From Eledone cirrhosa (taxonomy: Eukaryota), in the NCBI GenBank assembly GCA_964016885.1, contig OZ024744.1, forward strand, positions 33,046,001-33,110,000: 64,000 nucleotides of DNA. The letters run 5' to 3'. Below, piece by piece: positions 25,025-38,157 of this stretch (positions are counted from its first letter, which is position 1; each line of letters opens with the position of its first letter). Under the pieces are notes generated by a model that did not search any database, had not been told where the DNA came from, and saw nothing but the letters and a program-made list of their open reading frames with translations. The position numbers and the translations under genes are program-made.

Positions 25025-25615
25025 ATAGAATCAAAAGATGGTTAAAAGAGTTCCATGTATTTTATTATGCGCATTTCAAAAACAAATCTCATCATGGGAT
25101 GATATTTGCGTTCTCGTCAGATAAAATAGGGAGACATGATATGAAGTTTAAAAAACACTTGCGAGCAGTGAAGTATTAAATCAACATATGAAAAATAAAA
25201 TAAGATGGATATATGAGATTGGAATAAAAGGAAAGGAAGGGGGGCGGGGGGTAAGGAAGAGGAAGAAAAAATATAGATACAAGAAAAAAATATAATAATA
25301 AGGAAAGGATGACGGCGGAGGAGTATAAGAGGGAAGGATGAGAGAAGAGGAGAAAATGAGTGAGAGAGAGAGAAAGAGATAACCTTTAATACTGAAAAAC
25401 ACTGTCTCACAGAGAAAAATAAAAAATAAACAGTTGTAAGATAATACATAATTTAGAAAATTAAGAAATTAAAAGTTAATGAGGTTTATGAATGGTGATG
25501 CTTATGATTAAAGAAAAAGGAATTAAGAATACTATTTATTTAAGGTTTATATACTGAAGGGTTTAATAAGATATTTGCATTGCTTTATTGTGCTACAAAA
25601 AACTCACCTCCTACA
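25025..25615 (-). mobile_element. Non-autonomous PLE-terminus family ('TGCGCA' hammerhead family), copy 1
   Basis: Homologous to 47190-47610 and 62750-63358. Hammerhead at 25058-25128 (-). A plus-strand 3' tail ...AAACTCACCTCCTAC precedes (TA)n. Confidence 0.75.
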
Positions 25616-25616
25616 T

Positions 25617-25722
<106 letters not shown>

Positions 25723-25729
25723 CATACAT

Positions 25730-25794
<65 letters not shown>

Positions 25795-25803
<9 letters not shown>

Positions 25804-26041
25804 AAAATAATGAATAAAAACAAAGAAACAGTTCCTTATATTAAAAAATTCATCATTTTACGATCGTTTCTAGGATATATATGTGTGTGTTGGTATGTAT
25901 ATCATATAGATCTACGTAAAAATTTTGCAAACTATCAGAGGGAATATACATACCTACACATATATATGCTGTCTTGATATTTGGATTACATTGAGTTCTT
26001 CATACGGATTGGACACTACCGTATATTTTGGTAGATTTATC

Positions 26042-26045
<4 letters not shown>
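25795..26045. mobile_element. Short inverted remnant of the pseudo-LTR of the element at 1-8345
   Basis: 25795-25937 resembles the reverse complement of ~85-240. 25977-26046 resembles 312-383 and is followed by (TA)n. Confidence 0.75.
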
Positions 26046-26089
<44 letters not shown>

Positions 26090-26092
<3 letters not shown>

Positions 26093-28400
26093 GTAGAACA
26101 CTGGAAGGTAATATCCGTAGTGGTAGAGCACTCAGTCAATGGGACGAGTTAGGTAGAAGTGGTTACACAATAGTTAGTTCACCATACCGAGAACAATTGT
26201 TTCACCTTAGCGGATCCTCACCTTGTAATGGACATGGTTATACGGAACGGAAGGATAACCGTACGAACGCGCATGCGCAGAAACGGTAACTTCACCCAGG
26301 CAATACTAAATTGCGTGCGAGAGGTGTAAGGGAGATAACTGCGAAAGTCCGAAAGTTTCTAATCGATAAGAAAATTAGGATGTTGTAATTCAATCCGGAG
26401 CTTTGTAGTTATGTAAGAGGTGTTTCCAGACGTGTGGACAACGTGTGAAGAATTCATTTATTGCATTTAGGCCATCGCTATTGCGTAATCTCTTTAGAAT
26501 ATTTATTCGTTCATCAATACATAGTCCGCACGACGGATTGCCCCTTGCCTATGGTTTGGACTTAGCGATGGCTTTCCATTGAATGGAGTAGTCTATACTT
26601 GAGTCCTTGAGGGACCATACGTGGCTCGCGAGTTTCGTGGATTGACGTCTGTCCGGGTACCTAAATGTCGACTGGTGGTTCAGGAAGCGTTCCTTAAATC
26701 GGCCCTCCGCCATACCCACATAGGATTTGATCTCCTGTGGTTGATTTGGTCGGTTGGAAGTGACCACAGCTTCATAAATTACAGCGGGTGTGTTGCATTG
26801 CTGTTGAAGGGGACAAGCTTCAGGCTTTCGGCAAGAGCACCCTGGTGGGGTGTTACTCTTAGGGCTGTTGGTGATGTGTGCCTTCATGTTCTTAGCGCAG
26901 GAGTATCCTAGTTTTACTTTGTGTCGGTTAAAGATGGAGTGGTATTTATGACCTATGGGAAAGTGTCTATCTAAGAGGGCTAGACATTTTTTGCCTACAT
27001 TGGTTTTAACGTTGAGTGAGAAGGGAGGAGAGAACCAGATAGTTTGTCTATTGCTACGCTTTCTTTTCTTATTGCTGTTGTTGTTAGTGGGTGAGTAAGT
27101 GATAGGTTGCGAGAAGCCGCTGTTAGCTAACGCCGTGTTACAGTAGGGTGCCGCTCTGTCAAAGATAGCCTTATTAGAGGAGAGGTTTGAGATTCTAGTA
27201 CTGATATTATTTACGACATTTCTAAAAACAGTGGGAGGGTGGCATGTGTCCTTGTGAATGTAATTGAGTTTTTCGTTTAGCTTATGGAAGGGTCTGTAGG
27301 TGTGTGTGCGAAGGTCTAAATTAATGTCTAAGAAATCTACGCTAGAGAGGTTGGTAGCTACTGTTATCCTAAGTCGTAACTCATTGAAGGTAGAAGCTAA
27401 GTCTTTTTTAACCACTTTTATGGCTCGATAAGGTCAGTCCATCGTCGCGGTATATTCCCGTGTGGAAGTCCGGGAATCTAACACGTAATATGTCTAAATA
27501 AATAGGCCAACCAAGTCGCATACGTCAGCACTGTTAAACGATCCCATAGAGACGTGGAATAGGTCTGAAGTTGTTGACTTCTTTGCCCAGTCTACTCCGT
27601 AGTTGAAGAGGAGGTTTTTCCGGCAGTGAGCGATGTTTTCCCTGTCTAAAACATGGACGGTAGTGCAAGTGGTAGCAAGTCCAACGCTTTGTTTAACAGG
27701 GTCTCTGAGATCGATGGGTAAAAATCTACAATGTCAAACTGTGTGAACTTCGCTTTTTTGGATTTGAAGGAGTTAAACCACTTAATTACGGAGTCGCTGT
27801 TCTCCCACTGGGGCAGCTTGGACTTTGTCCTAATGATCTTAACTATGTTTCTAAGTATGGCCTTACTGGCTAGTCCCATATCTGTACGTGCCGGGTTTAG
27901 TAGTCTACATGTGGGGTTAGAAGTAAAGTCTACCTTGTGATCTTTCAGGGTGAGGAACGCCTGCTGCTTAGCTAGTGATTGTAGATTCTTATCTGCCTTA
28001 AAGGCGGCGGCAAGTTCTTTGGCTTCTGTATTAATGTCGTGGTAGGCCATAGGGTTAGCTTTCTTATATTTAGAGGTAATATGGGCCAGGTGGCGGAAAG
28101 TGGTGTTGTCTACTTCGTAAAAATTATTAGTTTTGTCGGAAAGAACGAAAGTGTTATTAGAAGACCAAAATTTCTTAATATCATTTCTAAGTTTAGTTTG
28201 AAAGGTGTTACGGTGTTAGCGACTAAGTCAAGAAGGTCCGCCTCGAAAGGAGCAAGTTTAGTTACCTTAGGAGGGTAGACTCTCGATTTCAGGTTGAAGG
28301 TGTTACTGGTGCTGTAATTTTGCCATCAAAAGCTAGGGCTCACCATCTTAAGCATCTGACGACATCTACCGCCTTTTGTAGGAGAAGCTTTTGGTAAACA
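26090..28400 (-). mobile_element. Penelope-like element (Naiad-type), 5'-truncated and frameshifted, between (TA)n tracts
   Basis: LKDHK, QFDIVDFYPSIS, GIYRDDG (~27440), VDFLDINLDL, TIWFSPPFS, CSCRKPEACPLQQQC, YVGMAEGRFKERFLNH. ORFs 26549-27415 and 27646-28050. Degenerate hammerhead at ~26182-26231. Confidence 0.9.
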
Positions 28401-28405
28401 AGGTT

Positions 28406-28442
<37 letters not shown>

Positions 28443-28664
28443 GAAGTGTGTGCTTTAATTTCAGAATCGTGAGGATGTGAGATCGATTCCCAGACCTGGC
28501 AAAGCGTTATGTCCTTAAAGAAAACACTTTGTTTTACGCTACTCTTTCTGCCAGAAGTTGCGACTGGTAGATAGTATCAACACTGACGAGTTATACTCGA
28601 CTCGGTAAGCAAATGAGGTCTGGGAACTTGTCGATCGTTAAAAGAAGATTATATATATATATAT

Positions 28665-28721
<57 letters not shown>

Positions 28722-29269
28722 TGTATGTATGTGTGTGTATACATATATACATACAAATATATATATATAATGTTTATGTTTGTTTTCTTCCAGTTTTTTC
28801 GGGGTTGTGGTGGAGATTGGGCACCATTTTTCCAAAAGAAATGTGAAATAAAATGTCGTAGACGTAAGAAAAGTCTGAAGACAATTTGATAACAGATTGG
28901 ATAAAAGATTTCTATTTTCTGGTCACTTAGTTCTTTAAATGAAAAACAAATATATATGTTAAAGAAGAACAAAACGAAACATCGTCATCATAATCACCAT
29001 CACCACCACAACAACAACAATAACATCAACAACATCAACAAGCACCACCACCACCTAGATAATCACCCCCTCCATCACCCACAATATACCAACACCAGCA
29101 CCACTACCACCGCCAACACCACCACCACAACTGCCACCACCACCATGAAAGTTTTCATGTCTAACTACATTAAGTAATCAGTTCTATCTTATTGTTTTCG
29201 TCTTGTGCTTTTACCTCCCCTACACCCTCTCTTTCTCACTCTCCCTCACACTCTCCGTCACACTCTCCG

Positions 29270-29328
<59 letters not shown>

Positions 29329-29588
29329 CTTCCATCCGACACCAAATGTCATATAATTTAAAGGGCCCGACATTCCTCGCTATGGAGTTGTTTTTATTTC
29401 AGCTTTAAGGGTTTAAATTTAAGATTTCACCCCGAACAAATAAAAGTGAAATGGAATCCTTTAAAAAAAAAAAAATAATAATGTTTCACTCCAGCACCAA
29501 CGAACAGCTCTAGTTATATATATATGTGTAAATATGTGTGCGTGTGCGTATGTATAAATGTGTGTCTATATATATTTGTACATATATA

Positions 29589-29665
<77 letters not shown>

Positions 29666-29667
29666 TG

Positions 29668-29733
<66 letters not shown>

Positions 29734-29739
29734 GAGATG

Positions 29740-29777
<38 letters not shown>

Positions 29778-29779
29778 CA

Positions 29780-29831
<52 letters not shown>

Positions 29832-29891
29832 TGCCTATATATATATATATAGGCATCTCATATATATATATATATATATATATATGAGATT

Positions 29892-29955
<64 letters not shown>

Positions 29956-30199
29956 CCATATCAGCGTATTTTTTAAATTCGTATGGTTATTATTGGAATG
30001 TATTTTTGTTGTTGAGATTTCTGGGTGAGGGGCATGATGAATTGGTGTGGGGGAGCGAGAGGTGAAAGAGTGTTTCGGGGGCAGGGGTGACCAGTTTTAA
30101 CTGCAGCATCATCAGTAATGTGTCGGTCGGTAAGTCTTAAAAATTTAGTAAAACCATAATCCTAATCACAACAAACAGTTTGGTGTCATTTTAGTTGAA

Positions 30200-30297
30200 A
30201 CAACAACTGCGACAACAACAACAGCATCCACAACCACAACACCAACAACACTACCACCACCACCAACAACAACAACAACCACAACCACAACAACAAC

Positions 30298-30329
<32 letters not shown>

Positions 30330-30828
30330 CAACACCACCGCCAACCACAACAACAACAACATCACCACCACCACCTACAACAACAACAACAGCAGCATCA
30401 ACAACAACAACAATAACAACACCACCACCAACAACAACAGCATCAACAACAACAACAATAACAACACCACCACCAACAACAACAGCATCAACAACAACAA
30501 CAACAACAACAACAACACCACCACCAACAACAACAACAGCATCAACAACAACAACAACAACACCATCAACAACAACAACAACAACAACAACAGCATCAAC
30601 AACAACAACACCACCACCACCAACAACAACAACAACAGCATCAACAACAACAACACCATCAACAACAACAATAACAACAGCATCAACAACAACAACACCA
30701 CCACCACCAACAACAACAACAACAACAGCATCAACATCAACAACACCACCACCAACAATAACAACAACATCATCAACAACAACACCATCAACAACAACAA
30801 CAATAACAACAGCATCAACAACAACAAC

Positions 30829-30859
<31 letters not shown>

Positions 30860-31060
30860 GCATCAACAACAACAACAATAACGATGACCGCGAAGATGAC
30901 ATTAATGACAGCAACAAGAGCAACAACATCAACAACCATAACAACAACACCACTACCACCCCCAACAACAACAAAAACAGCTCCATCAACAATAACGACA
31001 ACGACGATGACACCAACGACGACAACAACAACAGCAACTACAACAACATCAACTTCAACT
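30200..31060. repeat. Compound (ACA/ACC/GCATCA)n trinucleotide field
   Basis: Directly visible. Confidence 0.9.
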
Positions 31061-31489
31061 AATGAAAGTATCATTATTAATATCACTATCATTGGATAAA
31101 AATTAAAAAAAGTAATGAAAAAAAAAGTAATAATTAGTTAATTCAAACAAAAATAAAAATAAACTAATAAATAAAAACAAATAATATAATGTCCGTTGAA
31201 CAAGAAGACATTAATAAAAAAGAAAGCACTGTATGTCCCCGACAGACAATACTTTCTGTGAAAGCAAGATAAGTAACGACACCAACTGTTTATATGCAAA
31301 GAACAAATAAAAGAAAAATTTTAAAGTAAATAATTTAGCAGCGTTGTTGGTAGAGAAAGGTTTAATAAGTTCAATTGGTATTAAAGAATGAAGAAATATA
31401 CTTGTTTACATTCCAAACACCTACAAACTCACACATTGATTAACACTTTCAGAGGGAGGACAAACATCCAAATCGTTAGCTCTTTTGAA

Positions 31490-32030
31490 ATATCTCGGCT
31501 TACTGGTTGCAAAGAGAAAAGTGGCATCAACAGTGGGGATCAACTGCCGAATCGGGTCTGCGACATTTGCGTTTGGATCCCTTCGATGGTGTGTCTAGAA
31601 GAAGTCTCATATATTTCTAAGGGCCGAGATATGTCATTTACACACGCTGGTCCTATCTCTACTGCGCTGAGAACCGGACCATCCTCATACAAGACACGCA
31701 ACAAACTGGAGGTCTTACAAATACGATGTCTTCGTCAAATTCTTGGTGTCTCTATACGCGACCGAACCTCAAACAACAATATCGGGGAACAATGCCAGCA
31801 GCAGACAACCATTGAAGACCAAAATCTGGAAACGTAGGCTACAGTGGTTTGGTCACGTCTGCAGGATGAGCACTGGAAGACTACCGCACCAACATATGCC
31901 AAGACAGTGACCTATGCACTGGAAAATCCCGCGCGGCGCCTCGAGCAAGACGGGCCAACCAAATTGAGGAGAACCTGAAATCGCAGCGCCTCGAACTTGA
32001 CCATGCTAAGGTCAGCACTGTGGATACAGA
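31490..32030 (+). mobile_element. RTE-type LINE 3' fragment
   Basis: KLEVLQIRCLRQILGVSIRDR, then RRLQWFGHVCRM in another frame. Confidence 0.7.
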
Positions 32031-32074
32031 AGAATGAAAGGACATCATCATCGGAGTCATGATGTCCTAGGGCA

Positions 32075-32225
32075 TCCTCACTACTTACCACCATAGGCGC
32101 TGAGTTGGCTACCCACAGGTGTGATCCTCACCAGATGGAATGGCTCTTCCAATGCATCTCCGCTACCATCCTCCTGGAAAACGCCTTTCCCTTATGTCCG
32201 CCGGAGACGTGGGGCAGCCAGCACG
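32075..32225 (+). mobile_element. CRE-clade RLE element 3' fragment
   Basis: Nucleotide similarity to 50430-50580 (ACCACCATAGGCGCTGAG ... AAACGCCTT). Confidence 0.65.
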
Positions 32226-32653
32226 TGCAATCCTATTTGCTCAAAACAGAGAGAGAGAGATAGAAAGAGAGAGAGAGAGAAGGAGAAAGATGGGTAGGGC
32301 GAGAGAGATGGAGGCGATGACAGTGGGAGTTCGGCTCTTCCGTGTTGGGACCTGGTGTACAGCATCAGTTAAGCATCTATTGTCAGCTGTCGTAATGTCC
32401 ATTTTACTAGCGTCTAATTGTTCAACTACTACCCCATCTAAAAGACACCAAGTGTTACATTCCTTTACTAACTACTTTTTATCCTGATTTCATTTAAGTG
32501 TATGCCTCAAAATGCTTTCATAAATTAACTTAATCGAATAGATTTCATTAGAGATACAGTCATGAAATGATTAAACGCTTTTGATACAAATATCTACAAA
32601 ACCACCTATTTTAAAGAGTTCCTATTTATATTAAAATCTTCCAACATAATTTA

Positions 32654-32729
32654 CGAGGAAGTGCTGAAAAGTTCCTGGCTTTGGGTAAAGGAAAATGCAG
32701 GAGGTTCTGTTAATTTCAGCATCCCCTCG
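32654..32729. mobile_element. 76-bp mariner-type MITE
   Basis: TA|CGAGGAAGTGCTGAAA ... TTTCAGCATCCCCTCG|TA: imperfect TIRs with a TA duplication. Confidence 0.7.
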
Positions 32730-33559
32730 TATATATTACAAATAATATATTAGTAATAAAATAATTAGAAGGTGATGTATTGGCAGTGTCGTTAGGACGT
32801 TGGATAGAATTATTTGCAGTATTTGATCCTGCTCTCTGTTCAAATCCCGCCGTGGTCGATAAAAAATGTATTCAACTAGTACTGGGGTCAATTCTTCCTC
32901 TATATCTCATTCTCACTTCCATTCTCAAGAAGAAATCTGCTTCATTCAGAACTGGAGGGGGATGGGCTCCGACAGGCTTGAAAAATATCTTAGAAACGCC
33001 GCATGACACTACGGTGCCCCCACAACTCATTCTGTTCATCCATGTATCTATCTTGACTGTTAATCTGTACACTTATCTTTTTCTGTACTCAATCAATCAA
33101 TCTATCTGCCATTATGTTAAATATATCGATTATATCTTTGATTTCGTTCCATTGATATAGTTATTTTAAGTGTAATATTTGAACACGCCAATACCATGAC
33201 AAACAGAATAATATTGTAATCTCTTCTACATTCTGAAGGGGAAACAAATTGACTTAGCATTTGACACAAACACCTTTCTCCTTGAATTGTTATTGTTCTA
33301 GTTGTTATTGTCGACCACTGGTCGGATCTGATGGGAGTACACCAGAGGTTGTCAAACATTTTGCCGCCCTCCCTCACAACCACATAATACCCACAACGCC
33401 CCCAACCCTATTTCCAGAGAGACCAGCCTACACGCAAATTTTAAATAATATAGAATAAAGAAAATCGTTAATATATATAATAAATAATATAATATATACT
33501 ATGTATAAACAAATTTTTTATTTTAATATATTGAAATATATGTATCATTTTATATTTAA

Positions 33560-35084
33560 CTAGCAGTAAAGCCCGGCGTTGCTCGGGGTCGCTCAGTAGC
33601 TGTGGTAAAGTTACAATGTTAAGTTTCTTTTTTGGCTTAAAAACTATAGTGTCTACTGTGCAGACTTGCATGTGGTGTTTTTGATTAATATTCCCTCAAC
33701 CAACAATATGCCTTATGAAGTTAAGAAAACATAACGATAACCCGAATGTTATAACAAAAGAGGATGCTGGGGATAGAAACTGCACTGGTTATTTATTAAC
33801 AAAGATCGAAAATGTAAACACTGCAACGCAGAGAAAAACATTAGCGTAACCAAATTATCAGTTATGTCTGTCTGCACGCCTATATCACCTCTCTACACGA
33901 CTGTCTGTCTGCACGCCTATATCACCTCTCTGCACGACTGTCTGTCTGCACGCCTATATCAACTCTCTGCACGACTGTCTGTCTGCACGCCTATATCACC
34001 TCTCTGCACGACTGTCTGTCTGCACGCCTATATCACCTCTCTGCACGACTATATCACCTCTCTGCACGACTGTCTGTCTGCACGCGTATATCACCTCTCT
34101 GCACGACTGTCTGTCTGCACGACTGTCTGTCTGCACGCCTAACGACGAAATATTTGCTTGTTTTACGTAGTCTTTAAATAGACTTGTTTTCAAGTAAAAA
34201 TATTGTTTTAAAATGCTTTTGTGTTAAAGTTACAATGTTAAGTTTCTTTCTTGGCTTAAAAACTGTAGTGTTTACTGTGCACACTTGCATGTGGTGTTTT
34301 TGATTAATATTCCCTCAACCAACAATATGCCTTATGAAGTTAAGAAAACATAACGATAACCCGAATGTTATAACAAAAGAGGATGCTGGGGATAGAAACT
34401 GCACTGGTTATTTATTAACAAAGATCGAAAATGTAAACACTGAAACGCAGAGAAAAACATTAGCGTAACCAAATTATCAGTTATGTCTGTCTGCACGCCT
34501 ATATCACCTCTCTGCACGACTGTCTGTCTGCACGCCTATATCACCTCTCTGCACGACTGTGTGTCTGCACGCCTATATCACCTCTCTGCATGACTATCTG
34601 TCTGCACGCGTATATCACCTCTCTGCACGACTGTCTGTCTGCACGACTGTCTGTCTGCACGCCTAACGACGAAATATTTGCTTGTTTTACGTAGTCTTTA
34701 AATAGACTTGTTTTCAAGTAAAAATATTGTTTTAAAATGCTTTTAAATGGAAATGAAGCAAAACGGAAGCTTAGTGTTCGAACTGATGAATTTTGCAGCA
34801 ATGTCATTTTAAACGCTGAGAAAGCCAGCGTATTTTTTTACGTAAGACGCTCAATGTAAACAGAACAAAGGGAAATAACTGATAACTTACGCTCAAAAAT
34901 CGATACATTATATTCGATTTCGTCACATAGGGTGGGTCAATTTGAAATTTTTTTTTCTGATGTCTTCGCTAGGGCTCAATGTACAAGTATAGCAATTTCG
35001 GTGCAATTCCGTGAGAGATTCTAAGAGGAGAAGTGTGCCAAAAATCGATAGACAGACAGACAACCACAGTTTTATATATATAGA
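33560..35084 (-). mobile_element. Non-autonomous Helitron
   Basis: The minus strand starts A|TCTATATATATAAAA...(CTGT)n and ends with hairpin CCCGAGCAACGCCGGG plus CTAG|T. No TSD. Internal 619-bp tandem duplication (33606/34225). Confidence 0.85.
33866..34664 (+). repeat. 37-bp minisatellite (GTCTGTCTGCACGCCTATATCACCTCTCTGCACGACT), two blocks
   Basis: Blocks at 33866-34140 and 34485-34664, inside the Helitron duplication. Confidence 0.9.
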
Positions 35085-35279
35085 TATACTATTATATCAT
35101 GACTACCGACACCCCGCCATCCACTTTGGCCCCAGGGGCCCCAGGATCTTCTTAACTCCCCCTGGGTGCGGTAGCATCCAATTTGAGAACCCCTGGAGTA
35201 CACCTAAAGTCATGCCGGTGGTCGTCAGAGGAATTAAGTATGACCCATATATCTCTTTGCACCAGATACTTAATATAAG

Positions 35280-35766
35280 ATAGTAACACAAAAGGATAAA
35301 TACAGAGATTCTATGGTGTGCAAGGACGACTACGGTTGAAACAATGATCTGGAACAACAGTCTCAGATAGCTCAGCCATGTATTCCGATTGGAAGATAGT
35401 TGCATTCCAAAGCAACTCCTGTTTGGTGAATTAATAAGTGGAAAGAGAAGCAGAGGCAAAGACTGCATTTAAAAGAATCTGGAAGCCTTCGGTTTCAATT
35501 TCTCAACATGGCATGACTTGACTGCAGACCACATTGCCAGGAGAAACCAAACAAAGAATGGATGTGCTTTTTTCAGGAGCACAACTTGAGCAGCGAGTGG
35601 AAAGGCGCCGAAGACGACATCGTAATGAGAGTCGCCATGGTGGTGGTGGTGGTGGTCGGAGTTATGGTGGATGGTGCGATAGCATTGATAGAAGAAGAAG
35701 AAGAAGAAGAAGAAGAAGAAGAAGAAGAAGAAGAAGAAGAAGAAGAAGAAGAAGAAGAAGAAGAAG

Positions 35767-35795
<29 letters not shown>
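35280..35795 (+). mobile_element. RTE (BovB-like) 3' fragment with (GAA)n tail
   Basis: LSHVFRLEDSCIPKQLLFGELISGKRSRG. (GAA)n at 35691-35795. Confidence 0.7.
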
Positions 35796-35797
<2 letters not shown>

Positions 35798-36014
35798 GAC
35801 ACCCATTCAAGGTTATCTGGCCTTCGTCAAGATTGTATCTCGTAGGAGGTTTCTCGGTTATGTTAATAATAGTGACCCTAATCTATATTATAGAAATGAA
35901 CATGAAACGAATCATCTGGTAATCGAACCCATGCATTTATGATCACCGGTCCAATACCCAAATCACTAAACGACGCGCGACCACAACATCGAAGAACAAT
36001 TATTATATAGAAAA

Positions 36015-36480
36015 TGGTTTGCATTGGCAGTATCGGTAGAGGGTCGGGCGCCATGCTTTGCAGCAAAGAGTTACGGCCCTTTATGGTCTGAGGTCAAATC
36101 CCGCCGAGGTTAAATTTGCCTTTCATCCTTACGGGGTCGATAAAATAAAGTACCAGTAATGCACTGGGATAATTGCTGGCCTTGTGCCAATGGTAGAAAC
36201 AATTATATAGTAAATGTTATCTTTAAAACTGGTCTGTAAATATTTTTAGTAATAAATTGATGTTTTAATAAAAACAATTTCATAGAAAAAGAAAAAAATA
36301 TTAGATTGGCACAAGGCCAGCAATTACTCTAGTACATTACTGGTACTTTATTTTATCGACCACGTAAGGATGAAAGGCAAAGTTAACCTCGGCGGGATTT
36401 GAACTCAGAATGGCAAGGGCCGTAACTCTATGCGTCAAAGTATGGTGTCCGACCCTCTACCGATACTGCCAATTCACCAA
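36015..36480. mobile_element. Inverted pair of tRNA-derived SINEs (36015-36205 +, 36305-36480 -)
   Basis: TTGGCAGTATCGGTAGAGGGTCGG...AAATCCCGCCGAGG...GTCGATAAAATAAAGTACCAG and its reverse complement. Another copy lies at 48003-48190 (+). Confidence 0.85.
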
Positions 36481-36539
36481 ATAATGGAATGTAAAATAGG
36501 AAAATGTAAAAAAAAAAAAAAAACCAAAAGGAAGGAGGA

Positions 36540-36990
36540 GGCAAGGGCTGAAGTGTCACAGAAGAATGGGAAGAGGGAGGCTGAGAGTGATCGCATCTGA
36601 TTCTGGGGCAAGGCGATAATGGGGCGGCGTCCCTCTGACAAGACCGCAAAAGCATTTCCGTGGACAATGGCCAGCGACACTCACTCCAACAGCCACCCCA
36701 CCTCGCGGGGGTCCTTCCTCAGATAGGCAACTGACGTTCTGATCTTGCGGAGGAGCTCGACTGTATGGGGTCCAAGTATGCCTGAGGTCTCGACGGTGAC
36801 TGGTGTGAAGAGGAAGCGGCTTGACAATCCCCGGTATTTGTATATCTTCCTTTCCTCTGGTACCGGGGTTTCTGGCCGAAGTGACAAAGTTGGAGGCGGA
36901 GAACATGTCACAAAATGTGGTGTCCCAGATGAAGGGTCTACCTCCTTCGAATTGGAAAGGGTGATTCCATCGGGGTGATTGCTGTCCCCG
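36540..36990 (-). mobile_element. CRE-clade non-LTR retrotransposon RLE fragment
   Basis: PFEGGRPFIWDTTFCD, KYRGLS, PVTVETSGILGP, SLAIVHGNAFAVLS. Homologous to 49721-50596. Confidence 0.75.
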
Positions 36991-37581
36991 TGGTCGAGGC
37001 CTTTGTTGGGTTTTAGGATGCGGTATCACAGATAGAATGTTATTATGTTTGATGATGATGTTCTTGTTGTTGTAGTTGTTTAGCTGTTGTTGTTACTATT
37101 GTGGTTGTCATTATTGCTGTTGTGGTTGTTGTGGTTGTTGTTGTTCTAGTTGTAGTTGCTGTTCTAACTGTTATTATTGTTGCTGTTGTTGATATTGTAG
37201 CTGTTGATGAAGTAACTGTTGTTGTTGTTGACGTTGTAGTTCGAAATCAACTTTCAATGAACTGACCTATGATTTAAGATATTTTAGATACGATCATCCA
37301 TCTTTATTCCTTGACTAAGGTTATCTAGGACTAAAAGAATAAATATGGCTGTCACTAGTAATCGAGCATGACTTGGTTTCAGCATGAACAATAATATTTC
37401 TAGAGTTTTTTCTTTTCTGCGCCCATGTCATGTAGTCACGAGCAGTCGGATACCTCCACGACCTATTCCACCCATGACCTAACGGAATATCCAAGACGTG
37501 ACAGCTGAAAGAAGAGGGACTTATACTCCAGCACTAGACAGGTACGTTATTTCTTGAATATATAAATACATTACACACATA

Positions 37582-37642
<61 letters not shown>

Positions 37643-37687
37643 GCACACACACGCACGCACACACACACACACACACGCGCGCACGCG

Positions 37688-37765
<78 letters not shown>

Positions 37766-38108
37766 TGTATATATATATATATATGTGTGTAAAATACCGC
37801 CCGCACCATCAAGTGGTTTCCGCACCGCAGGCTCTATATATAAACATGCACGCGCGCACCCCCCCCCCCCCACACACACACACGCACATATATATATATA
37901 TAACAGAATTAAGGAAGATCGCTGGTATTAATTCAACGGTCTCCGGCCAGTGTCTAGCTCACTCAATGAATCTGTCGAATTGCAGTAATGCAGTTGCAAT
38001 CAGCCGTTCAGAGTGCACACCTTTAGTTAATAGATGCAGTGGCGGTGTTTAGGTAGAGAGAAAGGTAAAATTCTCATCGTCTGATATGTGTGTGCGTTTG
38101 TGTGAGTG

Positions 38109-38157
<49 letters not shown>

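Larger units (their letters stand above)
33343..35195. mobile_element. hAT (Charlie/Buster-type) MITE with 8-bp TSD, interrupted by a Helitron
   Basis: Ends CAGAGGTTGTCAAA / TTTGAGAACCCCTG. Perfect TSD GAGTACAC at 33335-33342 and 35196-35203. A related partial copy lies at ~58365-58488. Confidence 0.85.

Noticed and set aside
30166-31099. Mucin-like or polyQ protein ORFs
   Set aside because: Compound trinucleotide repeat open in several frames, with no splice or domain evidence.
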